Below, piece after piece: positions 1 to 17,470 of a stretch of DNA of 64,000 nt. Positions within the stretch are counted from its first letter, which is position 1. The number at the start of each line of letters is the position of its first letter. The notes under the pieces are model-generated. The model worked only from the letters and a program-made list of their open reading frames with translations, searched no databases and was not told the origin of the DNA. A program made the translations under genes and the position numbers. The DNA comes from Octopus vulgaris (lineage: Eukaryota): assembly GCA_951406725.2 (NCBI GenBank), contig OX597837.1:41230001-41294000 (forward strand), in the 5' to 3' direction.

Positions 1-167
1 ACACACACACACACACACGCTCACACACACACACACACACATACACACACACACGCTCACACACCCAAACACACACGCACACAAACACACATACACACAT
101 AAATATACACGCATATATATATATATATATATATAAGCATAAGTATATAATACATATAGATATACAT

Positions 168-211
<44 letters not shown>

Positions 212-227
212 GTATATGTATATATGC

Positions 228-275
<48 letters not shown>

Positions 276-358
276 CTATAAATATGCATAATATATACCT
301 ACAGTATCCACTCACACACAAACGCACAAAATATGCTATATAGAGTGTGAAGTTGCTT

Positions 359-452
<94 letters not shown>

Positions 453-1005
453 TGTATGTACGTATGTATATAATCTAAGGCACAAAACATGCTCTTTGGT
501 CGATTCTCATAGAATGCTGGAATACAGAACAGAGAAAAATAATACCATATCTTGAGGAACGCGGACAAAGATATCCATTAACTTTTGCTCTTCACTGCTA
601 AAAGACAAGTTTTTAATGATCGGTTCGAAATTACAGCGGATTGCCGCAGTTCCACTTTTTGGCTCGTATGCCAAACAGCTTCTCTTAACAGGCGATTCTT
701 TTGCTGGAACTGCCATAAATATTGACTGCTTTCATATGGTAATTTTCGCCAAAATAAATTCTTTCTAGCGATGACATTATTTTTGCCGGCAACTAACTTT
801 CGCTCTGTTATTATAAACAGGTGCATTGCGGGCGGCGGGAGGGGGGGGGTAAAAAAAAAAAAAGGGGCGGAGTTCTTGTGAGGTTTTGGTGAAAGCACGA
901 ACCTTGTATTACGGTAAAGCTTTACCACCGCTGTTGTTCGCTTTGAATAGAAGATCAGAATGTATCCTCCTCACGTATGTGTAAATGCCTGTATATATAT
1001 GTATA

Positions 1006-1058
<53 letters not shown>

Positions 1059-1141
1059 GTACATATATATAATTATATTTATATTTATATTTATGTATAT
1101 ACATATATATATACATATGTATACATATATGTATGTATATA

Positions 1142-1179
<38 letters not shown>

Positions 1180-1275
1180 CATATAGGCATATGCATATAA
1201 TATCATCTCTCATGATGTAGTTATGTTTATAGAAACATACTCATACGTTTTTGTATAATTTACGTGTGTGTGCGA

Positions 1276-1343
<68 letters not shown>

Positions 1344-1431
1344 GTGTAAGCATTTTTATGCCACATACCTATAATAATATGTGTATACTTCTATGTATGT
1401 ACGCATATATAATTACACACACACACACACA

Positions 1432-1482
<51 letters not shown>

Positions 1483-1688
1483 TTACATACATATGAACGC
1501 ACATTTACATACGTACATATATATGTAAATATATATAAACATACATACCTGCATAAAAACATGTGTGTTTATAAATGTGTGCGTGTGTGCGTGTGTCTGT
1601 GTCTGTGTTTGTGTGAGAAAGAGTGAGAGAGTATGTCCGTGCGCGCGTGTGTATGTATTATACGCATATACAGTCATATATACATACA

Positions 1689-1950
1689 TGTGGAGTCGCA
1701 ATGGCCTAGTGGTTAAGGAAGCGGACTCGCGGTTTCGATTCCCAGACCGGGCGTTGTGTGTGTTTATTGACCGAAAACACCTAAAGCTCCACGAGGCTCC
1801 GGCAGGGGGTGGTGGCAACCCCTGTTGTGCTCTTTCATCCCAACTTTCTCTCACTCTTTCTTCCTGACTCTTGGAAGAAAGAGCTTGGGGGAACACATGC
1901 TCCACAGAAACCGGGAAACCGGGCCCATGCGCCTGGCTAGGCTTGAAAAT
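1689..1950 (+). mobile_element. tRNA-derived SINE, family C (partial)
   Basis: A box TGGCCTAGTGGTTAAG, B box GGTTTCGATTCCC; body homologous to 23670-24052 and 38622-38764. Confidence 0.8.
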
Positions 1951-2021
1951 GAGGCATAAATAAATAAAACACCAGCTTATAGATGACAGACAAACCGACA
2001 TATATATATATATATATATAT

Positions 2022-2400
2022 ATCCAAACTTACAGGGAATAAATCCAAACTTACAGGGAAAAATCAGATTTAGGATTGAATCCAATTTTATAGTAAAATA
2101 TTATATTATATTAAATTAGAGACAAAACCACTATTAGGCAAATCAAACAATGAAAAACTTAAGCCAATACATATGATTAAACCTCGCCAAGAAAAATATT
2201 TAAACCACCTGATGAATGACTGCGACTCAAAAATTTGAAGATGTTAGCAGGCATGAAACGATCGTAGTGTGATATTAATTATATTTTTTTGATAATTTTG
2301 TTATATATTTAAATAATATAAATTAATCATATGTATTGGCTTAAGTTTTTCATTGTTTGATTTGCCTAATAGTGGTTTTGTCTCTAATTTAATATAATAT
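2022..2400 (+). mobile_element. PLE-type non-autonomous element with inverted repeats and hammerhead, within (TA)n
   Basis: ~77 bp perfect inverted arms 2104-2180 / 2323-2400 around a hammerhead; first ~110 bp very similar to 61784-61890. Confidence 0.7.
2206..2269 (+). ncRNA. Type I hammerhead ribozyme
   Basis: cac-CTGATGA-atgactgc...gcaggcat-GAAA-CGATCG-TA-gtg: stem I cac/gtg, stem II 7 of 8 bp, palindromic stem III, GUA cleavage triplet ending 2266. Confidence 0.85.
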
Positions 2401-2436
2401 ATATATAAATATATATAAATATATCCACATATATGT

Positions 2437-2650
2437 GTGCGTTTGTGTTTCTTCCCCATCATTGCTAGGCAACCGATGCTGCGTGTTTACGCCACCGTAA
2501 CATAGCGGTTCGACAAACAAGATACTCATAAATTAAGTATCAGGCCTTGAAAATAATAAGTCCTGGGATCGATTCGTTTGACTAAAACAATTCTTCAAAG
2601 CCGTGCTCCAGCATGGCCGCAGTCTAATGATTAAAACAAGAATAACATAT
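2437..2650 (+). mobile_element. SINE family A, diverged 3' half
   Basis: caaccgatgctg...gtgctccagcatggccgcagtc match to other A copies. Confidence 0.75.
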
Positions 2651-2836
2651 AAGGGATTAGATATATTAAAGGTCGGGACCTGCCAGAACCCTTACAATGT
2701 TGGGGCATATGTCTTGCGACATTTGCTCCGATCCATTAGGTTCTAAGTTCAAATCACTCCGAAGCTATGTTAACTCTTCAACCTTTCGGAGGTCGATAAA
2801 TAAAGTACCAGTCAAGCACTGGCGTTGTAATCGCCC

Positions 2837-3150
2837 AGGTCGACTTTGCCTTTCATCCTTTTGGGGTCGATAAATTAAGGACCAGTTACGCACTGGGGTC
2901 GATATAATCGACTTAATCCGTCTGTCTGTCCTTCTTTGTCTTCTCTATGTTTAGCCCCTTGTAGGTAGTAAAGAAATAGGTATTTCATCTGCCGCTACGT
3001 TCTGAGTTCAAATTCCGCCGAGGTCGACTCATTCATCCTTTCGCAGTCGATAAATTAAGTACCAGTGAAACACTGGGGTCGAATTAATTGACATATCCCC
3101 TCCCCCGAAATTTCAGGTCTTGTGCCTATAGTAGAAAAGGATTATTATTC
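2837..3150 (+). mobile_element. SINE family B, two tandem units
   Basis: aggtcgactttgcctttcatcctt..ggggtcgataaattaag core twice; diverged B-like copy just upstream (2740-2830). Confidence 0.8.
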
Positions 3151-3152
3151 TT

Positions 3153-3397
3153 TTATTCTTTTTCTCTTTTATTTGTTTCAGTCAGTTGAATGCGGCCATT
3201 CTGGAGCACCGCCTTTAGTCGAGCAGATCGACCCCATGACTTATTCTTTGTAAGCCTAGTACTTATTCTTTCGGTCTCTCTTGCCAAACCACTAAGTGAC
3301 GGGGACGTAAACACACCAGCATCGGTTGTCAAGCGATGTTGGGGGTGGGGGACAAACACAGACATATAAACATATACATACATACATATATACATAC

Positions 3398-3451
<54 letters not shown>

Positions 3452-3567
3452 GACGGTCCTCCTCCAATTTCCGTCTACCAAATCCACTCACAAGGCTTTG
3501 GTCGGCCAGAGGCTATAGTAGAAGACACTAGCCAAGGTGCCACGCAGTGGGACTGAATCCCGGAACA
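3153..3567 (-). mobile_element. SINE family A (5' truncated)
   Basis: reverse complement of the A consensus with internal (TA)n. Confidence 0.9.
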
Positions 3568-4253
3568 ACACAGTTGTTGTTGTTGTTGTTGCTGTGGCTG
3601 TTGTTTTGTTTGAGTGTCAGAGAGGAACACATTATTTAATGTGATGTTATTTTAAAAAATCATGGTTATTATTTCTAGCATTTCTACCCTACCTCTTAGG
3701 GCTTCCCCTGACGGCTCTTAAGCTACAACGTTGTATATTACAGGGGAGAAGGAATACACAGACAATGAAAAGCGGGTGAAAGTGAGGGTGGATGTGTGGG
3801 AGAGCTTGCAAGGGGGGGAAGTGAGAGTTGCAGGGAAATGAAAGGGGCGTGGGGAGAGAGAGAAAGACAGTGAGGGGTGGGGAGAAAATCAGGGGGTAGA
3901 GAATGGGTAGATTGTTCTCAAATAATAAAGAACTTCAAAGAAAGTATACAAAGGCCTGTAAATGTGCATGCACATGTACGATTGCACATGCGCAGATATG
4001 CATAGAGACTTGCAGATTGCACAAGTCATTATTACTTACACAGAAATACATATTGAAATACAGGGGGTGGGTGTCGAGGGACTCAGGCATAGGTATCGTA
4101 ATAATATATATCAGGGGACAAGGCTTGCTTTCATACTTAAACACCCAGAGGGCGCTACTTGGATCTCATAGAAATAACAGCCAAACCCTAACCTTTTATG
4201 ATTGAGCAGTGTTGTCCTAAATGAACCATGTGGGAAATGTCAACTAATGTCAT

Positions 4254-4927
4254 CTGAAAAGGAATGAAAGGCAAAGTCGACCTCGGCGGAAGTTGAACTC
4301 GGAACGGAGCGGCAGACGAAATACCTTTTTCTGTACTACCCACAAAAGGCTAAACACAGAGGGGACAAACAAGGACAGACAAACGGATTAAGTCGATTAT
4401 ATCGACCTCAGTACGTAACTGGTACTTAATTTATCGATCCCGAAAGGATGAAAGGCAAAGTCGACCTCGGCGGAATTTGAACTCAGAACGTAGCGGCAGA
4501 CGAAATGCCCATTTCTTTACTACCCACAAGGGGCTAAACACAGAGAGGACAAACAAGGACAGACAAACGGATTAAGTCGATTACATCGACACCAGTGCGT
4601 AACTGGTACTTATTTAATCGACCCCGAAAGGATGAAAGGCAAAGTCGACCCCGGCGGAATTTGAACTCAGAACGTAGCGGCAGACGGAATACCTATTTCT
4701 TTACTACCCTCAAGGAGCTAAACACAGAGAGGACAAACAAGGACAGACAAAGGGATTCAGTCGATTACATCGACCCCAGTGTATAACCGGTACTTATTTA
4801 ATCGATCTCGAAAGGATGAAAGGCAAAGTCGACCTCGGCGGAATTTGAAGTCAGAACGTAACGGCAGACGAAATACCACTAAGCATTTTGCTCGGCGTGC
4901 TAAAGATTCTGCCAGCTCACCACCTTT
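4254..4927 (-). mobile_element. SINE family B tandem array, period 184 bp
   Basis: acg(a/g)aat recurs at 4316, 4500, 4684, 4868; the tRNA-like head is present only once, at 4870-4927. Confidence 0.9.
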
Positions 4928-5326
4928 GAATTTTTCAACGTGATTGCCACGGATCGAACCCTCAGTTTTATGTTTCTGTCTGATCCATAGTTGGGTCAAG
5001 CTTAAACAACAATATCGACATCGTGCTCACATTCGCATAGGAAGCTATTACAGAGTCACGCGACTTACTAAATATAGCAACCAAATTTCTTTTATATCAT
5101 ACCATCTGAAAAAAGGACGCATTTAATAATGTATATATAGGCATGGTGTATCTAAGATTACATTATCCAGTGTAATGCTTCTCGTTATAAAACTGCAAAA
5201 TGCTTTGAGAGCTATTTAGAAGTTAATTTTAGCAGATTTTGGGGTCGCTAGATCCTCTTTCCGTCTCTTCTTCCATTATAAACTAACATCAACAAATCGG
5301 TACAACGCTATGACCCTTCGTCGTAC

Positions 5327-5402
<76 letters not shown>

Positions 5403-5496
5403 ACAGAAGTAAATAGACACGCTTATAATCATTAGAATTTATTTAAATCTGCAATTATACATTCAAATTATTTATTAATCCTTATAATGTGAATAT

Positions 5497-5990
5497 TTAA
5501 TATTTAGTAGACATGCCCCTTGTATTTTTCAATGCGAGAACCCTATTAGGCATGTTTCTGATCAGATGACGAATATTCTCTTGAGGAATTTCTTGCCAAG
5601 ATCTGACTTTGAAGCTGCTTTCTTGTTCTTTTTATGAAGGGCCCTGTCCATTATGTCCCAGAGTTGTTCAATAGGGTTCGTATCTGGTGACCAGCTTGGC
5701 CATGGAAGCTGTTCTGGGACTGATATCAACTTGTTTTGTTATGTCAGAAGCCTTGCAACGAGGAATATCCTCAACACTTCTCTTAGCAAATAGAAAGGTC
5801 CTGGTTGATCTGTGCGAGGTGATGTAAATTCTGTTCCCTCTCTGGTGAATTGCAGAATCACTCGATTAATGTAGAAAGCGAAACCCAAAGTTTTCTGCGA
5901 TTTTACGCTATGTCCATCTTCAGAATGACCCACAATACGGCCTCTTTGAAATTCAGATAGTTCTAAGGCTTCTTTTATACATAGCATGAT
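5497..5990 (-). pseudogene. Tc1-family transposase remnant, internally deleted
   Basis: N-terminal ELSEFQRGRIVG (paired-like HTH start), WPSWSPDTNPIEQLW (Tc1 SPDLNPIE motif) and C-terminal ...RGMSTKY-stop. Confidence 0.85.
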
Positions 5991-6029
5991 AAGAGAAATC
6001 ACATATAGAACCTGAAACATGAAAATGTA

Positions 6030-6432
6030 GGCGTAGGAGTGGCTGTGAGGTAAGTAGCTTCCTTACCAACTACGTGGTTCCGGGTTCAGTCCCACTGTGT
6101 GGCACCTTGGGTAAGTGTCTTCTACTATAGCCTCGGGCCAACCAGAGCCTTGTGAGTGGATTTGGTAGACGGAAACTGAAAGAAGCCCGTCACATGTATG
6201 TATGTATATGTGTGTTTGTGTGTGTTTGCGTGTCTGTGTTTGTCTCCCAATATCGTTTGGCAACCGATGCTGGCGTGTTTACGTCCCCGTACCTGAGTGG
6301 TTCAGTAAAAGAGACCAATAGAATAAGTACTAGGCTTACAAAGAATAAGTCCTGGGGTCGGTTGCTCGACTAAAGGCAGTACTCCAGCATGGCCACAGTC
6401 AAATGACTGAAACAAGTAAAAGAATAAAGAGA
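6030..6432 (+). mobile_element. SINE family A, full length
   Basis: head ggcgtaggagtggctgtgaggtaag (A box), ggttcagtccc (B box), CORE-like ccttgggtaagtgtcttc, internal microsatellite, purine-rich tail. Confidence 0.9.
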
Positions 6433-6436
6433 GTAT

Positions 6437-6685
6437 CGCCAAGCTTTTGGCGAAATTTGATGCAAATTATCTGCTCAACTTCCTCTGTCATGGTGAATGC
6501 GACGTTCACATGCTACACACCTTCCTTCCAAGCACTGCTGTAAGCAGCGGAAGTGAGCTAAAATGTTAAAAGCTAGTGCGCATGCTCAGCAGAGTTCAAG
6601 GTCAATCTTTGCCGAAGGGCTTCACCCTGCATGCTTTACCTTCGTTTCTATGGCAACAGAACGGATACTTATTAATCAGACCGTA
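6437..6685 (-). mobile_element. mariner-like DNA transposon end (non-coding fragment)
   Basis: minus strand starts TA-CGGTCTGATTAATAAGTATCCG, resembling mariner TIRs; only one end visible. Confidence 0.5.
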
Positions 6686-6689
6686 TAAA

Positions 6690-8803
<2,114 letters not shown>

Positions 8804-9010
8804 AAATGTCGAAGAGACATAGAGAGAGAGAAAGAGAAAGACAGAGAGAATAAACTGAGAAGAAAGAGTAAATGAAAGGGGAAAATAGAATGAATTGAAA
8901 GATAAAGAAATGGTGAATGAGGAGAATAATGTACCAAAAGGGATTATCTACACATAAAGTCTGTGTTGAGTGAGGGTAAGGAATGGGTCCCTAATACATA
9001 CATACATGTG

Positions 9011-9046
<36 letters not shown>

Positions 9047-9211
9047 GGCGCAGGAGTGTCTGTGTGGTAAGTAGCTTGTTTACCAACCACATGGTTCCAG
9101 GTTCAGTCCCACTGCGTGGCATCTTGGTCAAGTGTCTTCTGCTATAGCCTCGGGCCGACCAAAGCCTTGTGAGTGGATTTGGTGGACGGAAACTGAAAGA
9201 AGCCTCTCGTA

Positions 9212-9264
<53 letters not shown>

Positions 9265-9492
9265 ATGTGTGTGTATGTTTGTGTGTCTGTGTTTGTCCCC
9301 CCAACATTGTTTGACAACCGATGGTGGTGTGTTTACGTCCTCGTCACCTAGCGGTTCGGCAAAAGAGACCGATAGAATAAGTACTGGGCTTACAAAGAAT
9401 AAGTCTCGGGGTCGATTTGCTCGACTAAAGACGGTGCTCCAGCATGGCCGCTGCCAAATGACTGAAACTAGTAAAGAGAGAAAGAGAGAGAG
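9047..9492 (+). mobile_element. SINE family A, full length
   Basis: consensus match throughout. Confidence 0.9.
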
Positions 9493-9500
9493 TATATATG

Positions 9501-9537
<37 letters not shown>

Positions 9538-9552
9538 AAATATATGTGTGTG

Positions 9553-9599
<47 letters not shown>

Positions 9600-9789
9600 A
9601 GGTCACTTTCGAGTGCTACTGGTAACATGTAACCCAGTACAACCTGTTGCATGGTCGGGTCGTCGGCGACTAAACCGGCAACCCCACCAAGCTTGCTTCG
9701 TGAGGAGGGTGTTTATTGGACACCCTGCGGGATTTTTGTCGAAGAAACAAACGTCAAGACTTATTTATTTTCTCTTTATGCCTCTCAAG

Positions 9790-9878
9790 AGCACAACGGA
9801 GTGCTCGGTCCCGGAATCGAAACCCTGATCTTGTAATCGCGATTGCAGCACTCTAACCGCTGAACCACGTACTTCCAC
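9790..9878 (-). mobile_element. tRNA-derived SINE head, family D
   Basis: minus strand gtggttcagcggttagag...ggtttcgattccggg (A and B boxes). Confidence 0.6.
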
Positions 9879-10251
9879 AATGGTGCCCAACCCAAAATTA
9901 AGAGTCGCAAAGAAGACTACTCTTTGCCATCGAGTCTCCAATCTCTGAGGCTCAACTTTGAGTTAATTGAAGTTTTACGAGAATAAAATCTTGCTCATCC
10001 TCTCTCTCTCTCACTCTCTCTCTCTCTCTCTCCCTCTCCCTCTCCCTCTCTCCCTCTCTCTCTGCTCTGCTCTGCCCTGCTCTTAATGAAACATCCGTTT
10101 CGGCTAACTGTATATTTCTTCTTTAATGAAACTATATATTTCAGAAAATTATCACATTTTTTCCCTGTAAAAACTACAAACAAACACCACAACCACCAAT
10201 AAAGGTGGTTTTACCAGAAAAAGACAAAATAACAACAACAACAACAACAAC

Positions 10252-10306
<55 letters not shown>

Positions 10307-10789
10307 GTTAGACTTTTTTGGTGATTTATTTTTAAATTCTGCTTAATTAGATTCCTGCATAATCTTATAGTATTTTGTATTTAATTCAATTTTATTTGTT
10401 TGTTTGTTTTTTTATTTGTTTTGGAGGTGTTTTTTGTATGTCTGTTTGTTTGTTTTTTTTGTTGTTGTTGTTTTTCCACCTATTTTTAAGTAAGATTTAC
10501 ACAATATTTATTGTTAAACCGGAAAGGCAAAAAGAGAAAAAAAATGAAAACAAAAAGAGAGAAAACAAACAAAAATGAATTGAAGGAAAAAAAGAAAGAA
10601 AGAATAGATTAACAAACAAAACAAAAACAAAAAACAAAAAGAAATAAAGTAAACAAAACAACAGTAAAAATAAAATTAAAAAAACAAAACTCCGAGCTAT
10701 GAGAAGCGATCGGTTAATTACAACCTTGACCATTCTTAACAAATTTCGAAAACAAACTATTGGCGAAGCATTCGAAACTGAGAAGGTAT

Positions 10790-13150
<2,361 letters not shown>

Positions 13151-13546
13151 CTTCCCGCCACGCCTTGCAATGAACGTCGCATTTAGTGAATGACGGGCGC
13201 CATGTTCCCATCGAAAAATCACCAGCAAATCCAGCGCTACAAAACCATTTATATACTGACAATTAGCTCGTTCATATTCTCGCTATTGTTCTGGCTGTAA
13301 TACAGTGGCAACAGTCTGAGAAATCGGTTTTTTCAGCTCCTGTTTTGCTTTTAGAACATTTCATACAACGTCATTCAGACTCGTGACAACACACTGTTAA
13401 CTACTTGTTTTCTCTCATTCAGCAAATCTGTTTTATTGTTCTCACCCCACTTGACTTGTAAATCCGACTACAACGGTTCTTTTATATACACATATATGTA
13501 TGTATATATGTATATATATACGTATATATGTATATATGTATATACG

Positions 13547-13640
<94 letters not shown>

Positions 13641-13649
13641 GTATACATA

Positions 13650-13813
13650 GGCGTAGGAGTGGATGTGTGTGGAAAGTGGCTTGCTTACCGACCACATGGT
13701 TCTGGGTTCAGTCCCACTGCATGACATCTTGGGCAAGTGTCTTCTACTATTGCCTCGGGCCGACCAAAGCCTTATGAGTGGATTTGGTAGACGGCAACTG
13801 GAAGAAGCCCGTC

Positions 13814-13894
<81 letters not shown>

Positions 13895-15049
13895 TGTATG
13901 TATGAAAAGCACCTCTGGAGTCGGCGAGACATATGCAGAAAGACAAAGATAAAGGTGTATAAGGCATGTGTGCTCCCTTCTCTTCTCTATGCCTGCGAGA
14001 CGTGGGTCACATATCGATACCACCTTAAACAACTGGAACGTTTCCATCAGATGTGCCTCAGACAGATCTATGGCATTAAGTGGAAGGACCGCATCAGTGA
14101 TCTTGAAATATTGGAAGGCTCTCGGTGTGAAATTATAGAAGCTCTAGTGTTATAGCAAAGGCTCAGATGGAGTGGTCATCTGGTCAGAATTTTATCTGAT
14201 AATAACTATTTTATCGAGAGTTATCTAAAGGAGAACGACCTCCACATAAACCAAAAAAGAGGTATAAGGACTTGCTGAAGGCTTCCTTAAGAGATGCTTG
14301 CCTCTCTCCTGACACATGGGAAGGCATAGCTATTTATCGTGGAGAAGGATTGTGCACGAGGGGACAGCCACTTTTGAGAAATCTCGAGTTGCACATGAAA
14401 AAGTAAGAAGGGATATCAGGAAGGGCATCGCTGTTACACTTCCAGAAGGGAAGGGTCTTCCTTTGATGCTGATATGCAATGTCTGTGCAAGACCCTGCCT
14501 CAGTAAAGCTGGACTCAAGAGTCATCTTTGCAGTCATAAAACGAGACAGATGAGTGACAACCCGGCCACTGGTGGTGGTGTTAGACACCATACTAATCAT
14601 ATCTGTCGGACATGTGGAAGAGAGTGTAATTCGGCAAGAGGACTTAAACGACATGCAAAGATACATGAAGCCCAGTTACAACTACAGCCGGCTATTACCA
14701 GTAAAGGTTTTAGTTGCCAATTTTGTACAAGACATTGTAGATCTTTAGCTGGGCTAAAACGTCACATTCGATCACATCACCAGCAACAGTTAAGCTTCGT
14801 GCAAATGCCATACTCCATAACGAGGGGGCAGCCATAATAATAATAATAATGTGTGTGTATAAGTTTGTGTGTCTGTGTTTGTCCCCCCAACATCGCTTGA
14901 CAACCGATGCTGGTGTGTTTACGTTCCCGTCACTTAGCGGTTCGGCAAAAGAGACCGATAGAATAAGTAGTAGGCTTACAAAGAATAAGTCCTGGGGTCG
15001 ATTTGCTCGAGCATGACCACAGTCAAATGACTGAAACAAGAGTAAAAAA

Positions 15050-15050
<1 letters not shown>
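13650..15050 (+). mobile_element. SINE family A split by an RTE insertion (5' part 13650-13903, 3' part 14851-15050)
   Basis: both halves are collinear with the consensus on either side of the LINE fragment. Confidence 0.9.
13904..14850 (+). mobile_element. RTE-clade LINE 3' fragment with three C-terminal C2H2 zinc fingers (stop and frameshifts)
   Basis: [50 protein letters not shown] (RTE post-RT region); fingers CNVC..HLCSH, CRTC..HAKIH, CQFC..HIRSH; (TAA)n tail after the stop. Confidence 0.9.
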
Positions 15051-15104
<54 letters not shown>

Positions 15105-15361
15105 ATTCTTTCAATCATTTACTTGTTTCCTTCATTTGACTGCGGCCATGCTGGGGCACCACCTTAGAAAAGACCACGGTAACCTCAGGCAGGGAGAAAA
15201 TGAACACATCAGAGCAAAGTGCTCTCTCTCTCTCTTTTTTTTTACGATGTACCGGATCATGCTCAAAGTGGTTTCGTCGCTCTCACGCACCATGTTCGCA
15301 ACATTCACACACCTTTTTTTGAAACATTCACGAGACAAAACCTGCCTCTCCATTCTCACCC

Positions 15362-15704
<343 letters not shown>

Positions 15705-16136
15705 CTGACAGACCGACAGTCCGACAGGCAGACAGAGATCGACTGCGGGGGGTTCAGATGTTTAGTCGATGATAGATTTAGTGTTTTGCGAGTAAATCAA
15801 ACGGCCACGCCTCCCCCTGTACACAGCAATTAACAAACAAAACAAATACTGACGGTCATCACTAATTAGAAAGAAGAACTCTAGCTAAACCAACAAACAA
15901 ACAAACAAATATGTGTAAAAAACGTGTAGGAAAGAGGGGGGGTTGTCTAGTAAAGGAGTGGTGGCGGTGGTGGGGTCGTTGAAAACAAACAATCCGGAGA
16001 GAAATATAAACAAATGCTTGTTAAAAATGTTGGGTTTTTCTTTTTCTTCTATTTTTTTTTGTTAAATGTGAATGAAAAAAAATTCAGTAATGATCCCATC
16101 ATCACCAATATCTCCACTACCACCGCCGCAGGCCGC

Positions 16137-16273
16137 CATCATCATCTTGGTCGTAGTCATCGTTTTCATCATCATCATTATCATCATTAACATAATCACC
16201 ATTAACATAATCATCATCATCATCATCATCTTCATCGTCATCATCGTCATCATCATCGTCGTCATCAACGTCG

Positions 16274-16304
<31 letters not shown>

Positions 16305-16397
16305 TATCATCATCATCGTCATCATTATCATCATCGTCATCATCATCGTCATCATCGTCATCATCAACATCATCATCATCATTATCATCATCATCAT

Positions 16398-16437
<40 letters not shown>

Positions 16438-16786
16438 GTCATCATCGTCATCAGCATCATCCTCATCTCCGTCGTCATCAACCCAACCACCATCATCATC
16501 ATCATTATCACCATTATCATCGTCATCATCATCCTCATCACCATCATTATCATCATCACTACCATTGTTTCTCTTCACCATTATCATCACTGCTATCAAA
16601 ACCATCACCATTGCCATCTTCATCATCGTCAATATCATCGTCATCATCCCCATCTTCACAACCATGACTGCAACCAGCATCTTCACCAACACCACCGTTA
16701 TCATTAATCAACAATAACAACAATAGCGACAACATTGACGAAGAAAACGATCGCTAGATTCCCTCGAAAGCAACAGAAGCGACAGG

Positions 16787-16864
<78 letters not shown>

Positions 16865-17086
16865 CAATAATAATAACAATAATAATAATAATAATAGTAA
16901 TAGTAATAATAATAATAATAACAATAATAATAACAACAACAACAATAATAACAACAGCAACAACAACAATAATAATAACAACAACAACAACAACAAACAA
17001 CAATAATAATAATAATAACAATAACAATAATAATAATAACAACAACAACAATAATAATAACAACAACAACAACAACAACAATAATG

Positions 17087-17150
<64 letters not shown>

Positions 17151-17190
17151 TGATTATAATAATACTAAGAACAACAACAATAATAATAAT
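16137..17190. repeat. (CAT)n followed by (AAT/AAC)n trinucleotide arrays
   Basis: direct reading. Confidence 0.95.
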
Positions 17191-17470
17191 AAATGCCCTG
17201 ATGCAGTACCAGGCAGTGGTTCTCATGGCTTCTGATCTTAACTGATTGGAAGTGTTATCATGTACATTGTTTTGTCTTGGTGTAAAAGATGGGCTACAGC
17301 AAATATTCTGCTCAATATCACAGATTTGCTTGTCAGTTCTTTGATCTTAACCAGTTGAGCATGCCCCTTGGTGGCTGACGATATGTGCATCTCTGATCAC
17401 GAGCAGAAGTAATCGGGGAGCATCATAGCCATGTCTTGAGAGGAATTCTTTAGGGTCTGGATAATTCACC
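17191..17470 (+). mobile_element. Unclassified interspersed repeat (family E) abutting (AAT)n
   Basis: 17310-17470 is the reverse complement of 48475-48635; both copies adjoin (AAT)n/(ATT)n. Confidence 0.65.

Noticed and set aside
6030-6105. Functional tRNA genes at SINE heads
   Set aside because: A/B boxes are present but no proper cloverleaf, and each continues into a repeat body
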